Notes under the pieces: generated by a model
The model's input: only the letters and a program-made list of their open reading frames with translations
Databases searched by the model: none
What the model was told of the DNA's origin: nothing
Assembly: GCF_964355755.1 (NCBI RefSeq)
Contig: NC_092677.1
Location: 13,848,101 to 13,912,100 of the forward strand
DNA length: 64,000 bases
From: Antedon mediterranea
Taxonomy: Eukaryota > Animalia > Echinodermata
Direction: 5' to 3'
In this document: positions 51,888 to 64,000 of the stretch, piece after piece
Numbering within the stretch: position 1 is the first letter of the stretch
Layout: each line of letters begins with the position of its first letter
Position numbers and translations under genes: made by a program

Positions 51888-54800
51888 ATGACTTTCTGTA
51901 TCGGAACAGGGTTTGCCTGTTTCTCATCAACCATCAGAAGACGCCTGTACTCCTTGCCATGGTTCAGAAGAAGCAGACATGCGATTCAAACTATTTCAAA
52001 TGGCATACATATTCAACTGAGAAGTGATGGTATAAGCAGTACGTCTGAAACGAGTTCTAACATGCCTACTCAAGCCAGGGTTGTGGTGTGTGGAGGTGGT
52101 ATCGCTGGCATCTCATTGTCTTATCATTTGGCCAAGGCAGGATGGACAGATGTCTTGCTGTTAGAACAGGGAAAGTATGTATATTAGATCAGATTTATAT
52201 TACTATCACCATGGACCTTGACCATATTACAGTCATTCACAGGTGGAACCAGGTGGTGCACAAAGCGCAGGTGGTGCACAAAGCACAGGTGGTATAATAT
52301 TAGGTTGTCTACAAAGCACAAGTTGATTTTAATTACAACTTTTTTTTCTTCATGTCTTCCATAATATAAAAAAATCAAATTTAAAATTGTATTTAAGAAA
52401 GTTTTGGTTCAGGAGTGACTAGATTTTAAATTGTAATTGATTGAACTACTAGGGAGAAGCTTTGCATCAGGGTATTTAGTAATTGGTCAGATGTCCTATA
52501 GCCATCAGCGCAAGTGCTGTGGTTTAGAGGTATGAATGCCAGTGGCTGATCTAAAGGTCCAGTCCCATCCTAGAATTACTTGCAAATTTCTCAATGTACT
52601 TAATATGAAGTACAAATTACGTCAGAGTAGGGCAAACACCTCACCAATTAGATTTTAAATATTACATATCTACTATTCATTCTATTATTTCACTAGATTA
52701 ACATGTGGAACTACATGGCACTCGGTTGGCCTGGTTGGACTTAACCATAGTGTTGAGTTCATTGCCAAATGCCGCAAGATGAGCAGTAATCTCTATGAGA
52801 GTTTAGAAGAAGAGATCGGAATGAGTACAGGTAAACGTAAAAGTAATCTACTAAAATAGATAAAATTAAAATAATCTTATTATGTTTTAATGCATGTTAT
52901 TTAGGCTCCTGTTATTGATGAGATAAAGACATCCTGGTTACGGGCGAGTCAAGTTTTCATCTGTAGAAGAAGAAGATATCTGGCTTTCTTTTACCTCACA
53001 ACAAAGAGGAAGATGAAAAAAACTAAAGTCATATATTATTGTATTGAAAATGTACTGGACTTACTGCAGTAACTGCAGTATATTTATTTTGAATTGATCC
53101 TTAAATTTAAGAAAGGTGATCTCAGGTATTAGATTGAGTAATAACAATTTTTGTTTAAAATTTTTTATTTTCATGGTTGTTGATTGTTGTATTTTTAAAC
53201 AACGTGATTTCTGTAATTTTCTGTACTATATCATGCATTGGAAATAGGCCAATTAGAATGCTATTTTGTCTCACAACAGGTTTTCTTCGCAATGGTTCCA
53301 TAGCTGTAGCTCAAACAAAAGACAGAATGACCTCTTTCCACCGGTCAGCTGCCATGCTCAGGTATACAATCAATTGTATACTGCACAACTAATATGATAA
53401 TTTTCACTTTAGGGTCATACTTGATCACGAAAATCTTTCTTTCATACATGGGTTGTTTATTTTCTAATTTTAAATTTATGTTTTTTCATTAGCTCAGCAT
53501 ATAATGTTGTATATTTCTTGCAGTTAATTTTCTATATTTTCCTTGTACAGTATACATTTAGTCTTTTAGAGTAGAAATAAACTACTATATATTACACAAT
53601 CTGTAATCTTTATTTATTTTCTGTCATTCTTCTTTTCATGGGTTTGTTACATTAATGGATACTACAGTATATTATATGGTGGTCATTTACACTGTACAGT
53701 CAGGTTATTTCATTATATTTATCATACAATTAATAGACACTATTTATAATATGTCTTATAATTTACTAAGTCATCAAGATGGAGGATCAATGTTGCAGAT
53801 TGTTTTGGTTAAACTTCATTCCATGTTTCACATGTATTTATTGTTTCAGAATAATCAAAATCTCACAGATGATGGCCTACAGTAGCCAACAAATCAATTA
53901 TTTATTGGAATAGAAATAACACTATCCTACACTAACACTATTATTAATGAATGTAATCAATTCTATTTCTGTTCTTGAGTCCAACCAAGAACACAGTGTT
54001 GACAATCTGAATTTAAAAGCCCTTGTGATGTGCATACTTCCAGGTTGTTTGAATTCTTCTCTTATAATTTCCTCATTTTTCCCATTTCTAAAATGTGGTT
54101 TCAAAGTTCAAACCATGGTTGACCTTTTATTAAAGCCTTGAATAATTATTTCATCTTTGCTGTTTATAAATATTCATTTCACTGCTAACTGATTTAGAGT
54201 TTTCCTTTTTCCATTTACAATATATTATATTCATCTCAATTTTCATTTCTCTTGTTTATGTATGTCATTTTTAATTATTTTATTTATTACAGAGGAAAAG
54301 GCGAAGATTTTCAAATTTTAACTCCTTCAGAAATTACATCACTCGCTCCTTTTATCAAAGTTGATGATCTGGTGGGAGGTGTTTATTTCCCTCGAGATGG
54401 TCGTACAAATATATCCGACACAGCAGCGGCCTTAGCAGCTGCTGCTAAGAGAAAAGGTGATTTTAATTTTCTTGTTTGCACTTGTAGTTTGTCTGAAAAT
54501 GCTTTTTTTCTTTAAGATCCATGCTTTTGCTAAATAAACTTTATTTGAGTTAGAGAACAATGTGTAATTATTCATTTAACTGTAGAAAAATAATAATACA
54601 ATTTTCTTTAAAAAAATGAAACATGGACATTGTCGAGTCAACTTTATGATGAAGTTTTATAACCTTAAATTATTATCATAATTATCCTACTCTGTCTTTT
54701 GGATGAACGAAATTAGATCTAAATTCTCATTTCCTTTAAGGTGTCACAATACTAGAGGGAGTTGAAGTTAAGAAAGTATTAACTAAAAATAACAGAGTGA

Positions 54801-57800
54801 CTGGTGTTGAGACTAGCAAAGGCACTGTGAATTGTGAATATTTTGTAAATGCTGCAGGGCAGGTAAAGTAGGCCTCTTTGGTGTTTAAACATTCATGGAA
54901 TTCTGCCTTAAATTATACTAGTTAAACTAAAGCGTATATGGAAAGATACAATATAGAAAATGTATTTGTAATGGGATTTATACTGTCCAACTGTCTTAAA
55001 GCTCAGTGCACTAGATGCTAACAACTTTCATCTCTTCTAAGGCTCCCTTCATTGATGGACCCATATACCCGGATAACCACCTACTTTTTTAAAAGATGCA
55101 CACAAACCAGTTGTGTACACTGGACAGGTTTTAGTTCCCATTCCAGAAGAGAAGGGTCAGGTACTATAACTGTGGTTCTGCCCTAACTGCTTGGCCACTC
55201 GACTTGATAAAATGTCATAGCATTACAATCAATACAGAAACAAGCTTGTTTCAAATATAGCAATCATGTCTTTTTCAGTGGGGTCGTGAGTTAGGATTAA
55301 GAAGCTCTCCAAGTGTAAAAGTTCCTTTACATCCTGTTGAGCATGGTTACATTGTTACTAAAGCTATTGACGGTATTTCACCGTCAATGCCATGTAAGTA
55401 TGTTACGCTTTCCCTGATTGCTTATCTCTACAATAGCAAAATTAAAATTGTACTAGAAAATTCATCCATATATCCATAGGCCTACACCAAGAGAAGAGAT
55501 ATGGTAACATAATGTAACATACCAACGTCAAAAAACTTTGCCACATGCATTTTTATACTGTAGGTATGTTTATGTAATTGAATCTTCCATATATTAATTT
55601 CTATACATAGATATACGAGATTATGATGGCAGAATATATATTATAGAGTGGAGTAAAGGTCTTTTAAGTGGATGCTTTGAAGAGAAGGCTAAACCGATTT
55701 TCATGAATGGTATTCCAAAGCCTTACGAGTTCGAAAGCCTGCCACCAGATTGGGACCAGTTCCGTAAGTGACATTTGACAATACCTACCAATTTGTAATA
55801 CCGTATTATATAATAATGATAGGGTTGATACTGTGAAATTTGTTTTTTTTTCACTTTGTTTCTATCAGAGCCTTCACTCGACAGTTTCTTACTTCGAGTG
55901 CCATCAGCAGCCACAGTTGAAGTTCAACAATTATTTAATGGTTCAGAGAGCTTTACACCAGATGGCAACTTTCTCTTAGGCGAGGTGCCTGAGGTAAGTT
56001 TTGTAATGTAATGGTTCAGAGAGTTTACCACAACATAAATGCCTTTTAGGTGAGGAGTCAGTATCTGAGTGTAATGGTTGAAAGAACTTTATACAGGTTG
56101 GCAATTTCCTCTTGAACTTGTGGTAGGTGTTTGTCATGGTTCAAATAACTTACACAAGTTGGCAACTTCCTCTTGTACCTGTGGTAGGTGTCGTAATGGT
56201 TCAAAGAACCAGAAGAAGTTTTTTATTTAAATGCAATTTTTAGTTAGCCTAGATATTCTTTTTTTGAATTTAGGTTGGACACTACTTTGTGTTAGCTGGT
56301 TTTAATTCTGGTGGCGTTGCATGTGGTGGTGGGGTTGGTAGCATTCTTGCTGATTGGATAATCAGCGGCAAACGTCCTAACAACATCCTTCCTGTTGACA
56401 TTCGTCGGTTCACTAGTTGCCATAACAACCCATCATTTCTCAGAGACAGAGTCCAGGAAATAGTTGGTGGGCCATTTATTAGTTTGTAGTAGTGTTTATT
56501 ATTCTTTACTTGAAATTAATAAATTTTATCATTTTGACAACAGGATTCAGACCCATGAGAGTTTATATAAGAAGATTCATGTATCACATACTGCATATTA
56601 TGCCCTTTCCACGTTAAAACACTGGCTCTATTTGAAACACCAAAGTTTGATCAGGGAGTTGTAACTCCCTGGTTTGATACAAGACTGTCTGGGAATACAA
56701 AAGAGCTATTATGGCAAATGATAAAGGATACCGGACATGTGAAAGACATTTGATTCGATACCTGTCTGTGCCACATTGCTTGTATTCTTTTACACAAATT
56801 ACTCCCATTGGCTCATCCTTTAGTTGCTGACCCGATACAGATATGCAGAACAGAACCGTCTTGTACAACCTAGATGTGTACATCCAGTAGGTAGAAGGTA
56901 GTACCTTAGTACAAGAAATTTTACTAAACACTTACTTACGTTTGTTTTGAAGGTCGGCACTATGCTCTGAATTACCCTGGTGAAGACTACAAGTATGGCC
57001 GAAAACAGAAGTGTTCACCTCTCTACTCCAGACAGAAGCAGGCTGGTGCTGTATTTGGGGAATATATGGGCTATGAGCGTCCAAAATATTATCTAGATAG
57101 AGGTACTATTTTTAATGGGAATATCTTTATTATTTACACTGTATCTTAAAATATAATTAGTTGACATCACCTGACTAAAACAATACACTTTGAATGTCTC
57201 TTTTGTTTTATTACAATAGATGATTTTTTACCTATCAACCCTAAAGGAACTTTTGGAAAGCCAGCCTGGTTTGATAAAGTTAAAGCAGAATACTGGACCT
57301 GTCGTGATTCTGTTAGCCTTATGGACATGTCAACATTTGCCAAATTTGAAATAAAGGTACTGATACTGACTTAAATTGGTATAATATTACAATATTGTTG
57401 TAAAGTTGTCTAAACTAGTAAACTTTACCAATAACCTTTGTTTGAAAAGTCTTAGTTTTCCATAGTTAGTTTGTTGGCTGTTACTTTGTGTATCTACAGG
57501 ATCACATGACCACAAAGAATGTTATTTGATTCGCTGAGTTCACATACAGTACCTCAGCAAACAAATTTGTTCACACCTACTACTTGTTTTCTCTTTTCCG
57601 AAGTGTGTTAGCAGTACTTTAGAAAACTTAGAAGTTTACTCAAATTTGCCAGTGTAGACTTTCTTATTTTTGCCTGCAACAAATCGACAAACTTTCTTAA
57701 TAGCTTCACATACTCCACTACTGTTGACTAAACCTACCAAAAGTAAAGAAATTGAACCAGGTTTTAGCATGTTAGGAATATAAACTGTTCATGTTGTCTT

Positions 57801-60800
57801 TTTATTACTCTTTTAATACCTCTTGTTGTTTCATTCTTTTTTATTATTTTAGTCTGATGGTTATGAAGCAACAGACTTACTGCAACGCCTTTGTCCAAAT
57901 GAGATGGATGTTCCTGTAGGGACTCTTGTCCATACCCCAATGTTAGATGAGAATGGTCACTACCAAAATGACTGCAGTGTGGCTAGGCTAGCTGAAAACT
58001 GGTATGTTTAGAGAGCTTTGTTTATATATTATGACAATGTTCCTACCCCTGATGTGTTGGGATTTAATGTATCTTTTTGCTTTATGAAAGTGTATGTAAT
58101 AATGTTGTCCATTTTTAATAATATTTATTGTTCTTGCCCTAACAGTGATGATTTTTTCTGTATTCAACTTGTTTTATAACATTTTATGAAATAAACACAA
58201 CAAAAATTATTATTTAATATTTAAATGAACCGTTTCAAATTGAAGAGTGCTCTACAAAACAACATACTATATGTATATAGCAGAAAGTAGAGGAGCGTAA
58301 TATCCAATCTGCAGACAGTACTGTTTCAATCTTATTAGATCTCGTCAGTACAGCTAAGGTTTCGAAATGAAATGGACCGCAGTTAATTGATGTATATTAA
58401 TTAATTCATCAATATATTCCTAAGATTTTGTTGTGGTTCAAAGGTTAAATATTCTACTTGCTTAACTATATCCTTCCATCCATAAGCAAAGCATTATCAT
58501 TTGTGGTTTGTCTTGGCCCTCTGTGTTTCTTTCCTATTTCTGCCCATCGAGCAACTTGCTTTAATTTAATGTATATTTATATTTTTATATATATTTATGT
58601 TTTTAACTTAAATTTTATTTTGTATTGAGGCATATACATAAGGCGCTATTCATTATCATCCCTGCATTAATGATAATGTTCTTAATAAAGATTTTATGAA
58701 ATACATTATTGATATTCATTTTTATTCCATAGTGAAAACTTCTTTCCACCATTATTGAGACAATTTGTTACTTAAGCATAACTACACATTCTGATTCATC
58801 CAGGTATTTTATCATATCGCCAACACCGCAAGAAACCAAAGCTTTTCATTGGATCTCCCAACATTTACCTGAAGATGGGTCAGTTCATTTGCATAACGTT
58901 ACTGGTCAGTATGCAGGCATTAATGTGATTGGTCCAAATGCACGAGAACTTTTACAAACTCTTACACTTGATTCCCTAAGTACTACAGACTTCCGTCCAT
59001 TTTGTTGTAAGGTAAGAATGAACATTTTTCCACATGCTGGAATTCAAAATAGCTAAAAAAGTACAACTTTTTTTTTATAAAACCGGTTGTAGTTTAAGAG
59101 TTGAGTGTAATAATACGTAAAAATATCTGCTTAGGTTAATTTGGAGGGCTTTAAAATACATGAATTTGTGTGAGCTTCACACTGTTACTAAATTGTTGAA
59201 TAAGAGATTCGGTTCAAAGAAGATGGGTGATTTTGGGTGAGGTCGAGTCGGAAGGCTTAAAAGGTTGTAGAGGCCTGTGGCGGGTTCTCTTATTATGCAT
59301 GTCCACAATATTGTTTGCAGTGTGATACACACACATATAATATGCTTATATCACAAATCATTTTTTAGAACAAGCTATTTTTCAATATCCCAATATAGAT
59401 AGATTGTAATAATATTTTGTTTATACTTTCTGAAAATATTTTAAAAAGTGAATTACAGCATTCTCTGTCAATATTTGTCTTGGATAGAATATGAGTATTG
59501 GTTATGCTAATGATGTGAAGACTATGAGCATAACGCATGTTGGAGAACCAGGATTTGTTCTTTATGTACCAAATGAGGTAAGATATGACAGACTACTATC
59601 TTGTCATTGGCTGTAAAAGCTCTGTGGCTGCCATTTCTTCAGACATTTTGACATGGCTGAAATACACCAGTACACTACGGTTCTTTTTAAGTGCACAGGA
59701 GCCAAATGCGTATCTCTAGTCCTTATACAAGTTACCTACCATCAGAACTACATGGTCAAGGATTGTCTTGAAACTATGCAATAATAGGGAACTTCAGATC
59801 TGCAACGGATACTAGGTCAGGTCAATCTATGTGTCATCGGTTGTGCCCTGGACCTAGGTGGGGAGCAAAGAAATGCATCCCAATGCGCACAATGAAATCA
59901 TGTGACATATTTTGTTCGTTGATCGTTGCAAATCGAAAGCTTCCTAGCATGGTTAATTTGCGGTGCCATTCCTTAAAACCACTCAGCCCTAAACTTGATT
60001 TGCAATTACTACCATCTTTTCAACTACATTTATACCCTATTGATGCAAAAGTCAACAATTTTTTTTATACTTAGACAAAATTGTCTGGTTTGATATTCAA
60101 TTTTTGCAAATAAGTTTTTCATTCTTTTATTTCCAGTTTGCTTTGCCACTTTATGATAGTGTTTGGAGGGCAGGTCAAGATTTTGGTATCCAAAAGTCTG
60201 GTTATCTTGCATTGAGATGGTTGCGTATTGAAAAGTTTTTTGGTTATTGGGGAGAAGACTTCAACTCAAGTCATACACCTTTCGAAATAGGAAGAGAAAC
60301 CAGAGTTAAACTTGATAAGGTAATTTTTGTTGACCATATCTATAAAAGTGCACTATACTGTATACGAGATATCGGTTCGAACTCCCGAAAGTGATTTTTA
60401 CTGTTTTACTGTCTTGTAATGGGAATGGGAGGGTATTGAAACTTGATAAGATAATTTTTGTTGACCATATTTATATGTGACATATATTATATGATTAAGC
60501 ATATAAACTACAGTGTTTTGTTTCAGGAGATTGATTTTATTGGTAAACAAGCATTGATAGAACAAAAAGGCAAGGGAGTTGAATCCAAGTTAACCATGTT
60601 CCTATTGGAAGACCATGATCTTTATAATGACCTTTGGCCTTGGGGAGGTGAACCGATTTACCGAGATGGCAAGTTTACCGGAATGTCAACATCTGCTGGA
60701 TATGGTCCAACGCTTGGTAAGATGGTTGTGGTTGGATGGGTGACCAATGAGGATGAGAAGTCTGGTCAACGAGGAATCGTCACAAATGATTACGTATTGA

Positions 60801-60898
60801 AAGGTCATTATGAGATTGACCTGGCAGGTAAACGATTTAAAGCTAGAGGGAGCCCTTACCCTGTGAAACTGCAGCTGAAGCAACCTCAGTTTGGTTAA
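51888..60898 (+). CDS. PDPR: Pyruvate dehydrogenase phosphatase regulatory subunit-like, paralog B (16 coding exons, ~887 aa)
   Basis: Exons: 51888-52174, 52697-52830, 53280-53361, 54293-54456, 54741-54862, 55279-55393, 55611-55763, 55869-55993, 56274-56466, 56953-57102, 57220-57356, 57853-58001, 58804-59011, 59488-59577, 60137-60319, 60527-60898; 2664 nt, in frame, with the same intron positions as paralog A. Arg-rich N-terminus resembling a mitochondrial presequence. Confidence 0.9.
58309..58353 (-). ncRNA. Type I hammerhead ribozyme motif (antisense in PDPR-B intron 12)
   Basis: Minus strand CTGTA-CTGACGA-GATCT(AATA)AGATT-GAA-ACAG(TA)CTGT-C-TGCAG: complete core, all three stems, GUC cleavage triplet. 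Confidence 0.8.
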
Positions 60899-61994
60899 TA
60901 AATTGTAAGTAATGCTGCACTTAATTTTCTCCCACTTTTGGTTTTGTTATTCATCACTAAAACAAAAGCAACTGCCATTTCTGCAGCTCAATTGAGGATT
61001 CAACGAAGGCAATTATGTGCACAAAATTGAAGCCTACAGGCGGAGGGGTGGAGATTCTGTAACAATAGCGGAAAATATCGATTTTAACTAGGCTATGTAA
61101 GCATATTTATCATAATTTCTGGTCTCTATGTATCTAGCCCCTAGGCTACGGGCTAGACCAGGAGTATTAATGGGTTCCTGAGAGAAAGAGTACAAAGACT
61201 ATGACACTAGGATTTCTGAAAAACAATGCATATACATTTCAATAGACATTGACTTAAATAATAGTGTGTAATTGGGTAAAGGTATTTAATTAATTTAAGA
61301 GACATTATATACAGTACTGTTCAGGGATTATTTCTAAAATAAATAGTAAGTAGGCTAATATAGAATATATTATAATTATAATATTTCATATAATTATATA
61401 GAAGTTACATTTCAATTGCTGCATGACAATACCAGGCTCCATAAGAGAATCAGGGGTTTTTTTTGTTACTAAAATATCACCTCTCATACAGTACTATTAA
61501 AGATTATTTTTTCAACAAAAAAAATATATTTGAAAATGTATAGTTCATCATATTAAAATAAACAAAATAAATAAATCAAGGATAACAGTATATATTTATA
61601 TAATAATAATCTGACGTCTTAATAGTAATATATACAAAAATATATAAAAAAAGGTACTAATACTTTTGAAGATAATTTAAATATATTAAATTTCGTTTAT
61701 ATCAGTATATATTAAAATTGATTGAGTAATTTACAAAATCACTTTCTTCTGGTTATTCAAAACAAAACATATTTGTAAAAGACCAGTGGAGGCATTTTGT
61801 CTTATCTGTAGTAAGTGCTTAAGTGAAAACTGACGTTTTATTTATCAAACCAGTTCTTTTTTTCTTTTTTGTTTGTTTATATACATTTAACAAGATATTA
61901 AAAAATTCATGCCTGTACACGAACTTTAAGGAATGGACCTATCATATTTTTTAAAGAACATACCTGCTTATGTTATTAAAAAAATAGGAGGAGT

Positions 61995-62168
61995 GGAGCT
62001 GTGGCTTGGTGGTTATGATGCTTGGCTACCAATCTAAGGGTCCTGGGTTCAAGTCCTGTCATATGTCAGGGTTTTTTTCTCATGACAATTTACAACTCCA
62101 CTCCCAAAGACTTAATAATAAGTCTTTGTTTATGTAGAGCATCTTGTGTATATGTTTGTCTTGTGAAG
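61995..62168 (+). mobile_element. tRNA-derived SINE with intact Pol III boxes
   Basis: A box TGGCTTGGTGG 62002-62012; B box GGTTCAAGTCC 62046-62056. Body shared with the 13845 and 215/545 copies. Confidence 0.75.
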
Positions 62169-62823
62169 TTATTAAATAGTTTATCCATCCTGTAATTGGC
62201 GGGTTACTCGCTGTTGGATGAGTATGAAATAAAATAAAAATAAAAAACTTGAGCAAAATCATTGTCTTACAATTGCTAAGAAATTGTATTGACATTTTCA
62301 TATTAAAATCATAGATTACATTTACATTTACATTTGTCCGTTTGTTCTACACTTTTTTTTCAAATAATTCAAAGAATAGAAGTTGTTTACTTTGTACACA
62401 TTTATTCACAATATCACACCGACTTGTTAAACACAATTAAAACTAGCCGCCATTTGCTTTTGTGATTATTTTAAATATTTTAAAATTGTGAACATTGTTT
62501 GCTGCCATCATACTATTGACGTTTGGTTAATTTGTATTCGTCTATTTTATTTGCCTCATGTATTATTCATGAATTAAGAGATCGCTCATATGCACAAATA
62601 GTGTATACACTATTTAAAAAAAAAATTCGGATAGTTATTATAATCTAGTCATTTTCTGACTTTCATGATTGAATTATTGATCGATCAATCGAGGAAACTC
62701 GTATATTTGCTCTTCTCTTCTACAGCTAGTTTCAATCCCTCCCACGTGTGAATTTACTATTGTTTCACACCAGTCCCACCCTTTCCACTTATATTCGAAG
62801 TTTCTGGACTTTCTGCATTCTCA

Positions 62824-62863
62824 CTCCTGAGGATGATCAAAGCATATTGATCGAAACGTCGAG
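62824..62863 (+). ncRNA. Minimal type I hammerhead ribozyme motif (Penelope-like)
   Basis: CTC-CTGAGGA-T-GATCAA(AGCATA)TTGATC-GAA-ACGT-C-GAG: core, 6-bp stem II, palindromic stem III ACGT, GUC triplet. Confidence 0.75.
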
Positions 62864-63504
62864 AAACTCAACAGTTCTTTTCAGAACTAATATACGTGGT
62901 GTACCGCAAACTTTATATCATTTGATTTCGCAAACCTTCAAACTGTATATATAGTTTAATACTTCTACCATGGAGTTATAGTTCAATCAATCATCAATCA
63001 AAGTAACATTTATTTTCTTCAAATTAAAACAGTATACAAAATGGTGTAAAAAAAGGTAATTAAATTGAAGAAGGCATGTTCAAAAAAGCAAAAAGCTTGT
63101 GACAGACATGCCTAAACAAAGATGAAATTTAAACAACACAGAAAAAGAAAGAAATAACAAAATATAAATGTACATAACATGGGTTAAACTAAATAAGAAA
63201 ATAATGTTGGTATAAATTATGAATTGTTCGTTATTATTATCTATTTTATACATCCATGACTTGTACAATGTTGCATATCGGAAGAAGTCGACATAAAATA
63301 CCCGGAGGCACCCGGATTTTTTATTTCAAAAAGTGCGCGATGTTAGAGATATCGGTTTGAACCCCCGCGAAAGTAATTTGTACTGTTTTACTTTATTGTT
63401 GTTTGTTTGCTTGTTTTACATACACCACCAGTAAACAAGATTTTCATTGGCGAGACATTTTGAATTTTTTCGATTCATATTCAATGATGAATACAGGTAA
63501 TAAC

Positions 63505-63674
63505 CAGTGGCTATGCGCTCACTGGCTAAACCCAGAAGCCCCGGTGCTTACGTGGCCCCTTAGTAGTTCTGTGCCCAGCATTAAAATAAGTCGAAAAAGG
63601 CTAAAAACTCCCAAGGCCTCCAGCGTCGGAGGGCCACTTAAGGTTTCTAAACCAGGGGCCAGGTCTCGCCACTG
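63505..63674. mobile_element. Small hAT-like MITE (CAGTGGC...GCCACTG)
   Basis: 7-bp TIR and GC-rich GGGCC/GGCCC subterminal motifs. No clear TSD. Confidence 0.4.
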
Positions 63675-64000
63675 ATGATAATGTCGAGCTTAGATGAAGT
63701 TAGATGATAGTGAAGAGAGGCACAGGCCGATCCGTATGACTTCATTTACCATTTGTGAGCCCCTCCCCAACCCCTCAAACATCGTGGTCTTGTAAACTCG
63801 CTGTTCTCGCTTATATCATGTGTCCTGAAGACGAATAATAGTAATGAATTATCGTGCGGTTATTTGTATCCATCTATCTATAGTATCGATCTATAGTAAT
63901 CGGCTAGGTAATCGGTCGTTCGCCCCATTCACACTAAAGACATGATGATGTATAATAATTATAAATTGTAATCATTCATAAATCAGCTTTGTATTTCCTC

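Noticed and set aside
31747-60898. Calling the flavoprotein pair SARDH or DMGDH
   Set aside because: C-terminal motifs (LRIEKFF, DHD..DLWPWG.EPIYR, YEIDLAG.RF) fit PDPR better from memory; a phylogeny is needed for certainty.
61995-62065. tRNA gene
   Set aside because: A/B boxes are present but the acceptor stem is not convincing, and it continues into a body shared with other dispersed copies, so it is a SINE.

Overview
AT-rich, intron-containing animal genomic DNA. An invertebrate deuterostome, probably an echinoderm, is inferred from gene and repeat style. The window has three gene blocks. (1) A complete 6-exon core-binding factor beta gene (CBFB, + strand, 1505-16753). (2) A tandem cluster (21.4-30.3 kb, - strand) of intronless Ig-V/mucin-stalk/TM/tyrosine-tail receptor genes: one intact copy and three disrupted copies, one of which carries a ~2.7 kb 63/66-bp coding repeat with amplified in-frame amber stops. 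(3) Two head-to-head 16-exon paralogs of the pyruvate dehydrogenase phosphatase regulatory subunit (PDPR; sarcosine/dimethylglycine dehydrogenase family) with patchy gene conversion, separated by a ~5.6 kb foldback-type DNA transposon with an 8-bp target-site duplication. The non-coding DNA holds at least five type I hammerhead ribozyme motifs of three sequence families (Penelope/retrozyme-like), plus tRNA-derived SINEs, L2/CR1 LINE fragments, MITEs and minisatellites. All calls were made by eye, without database searches.
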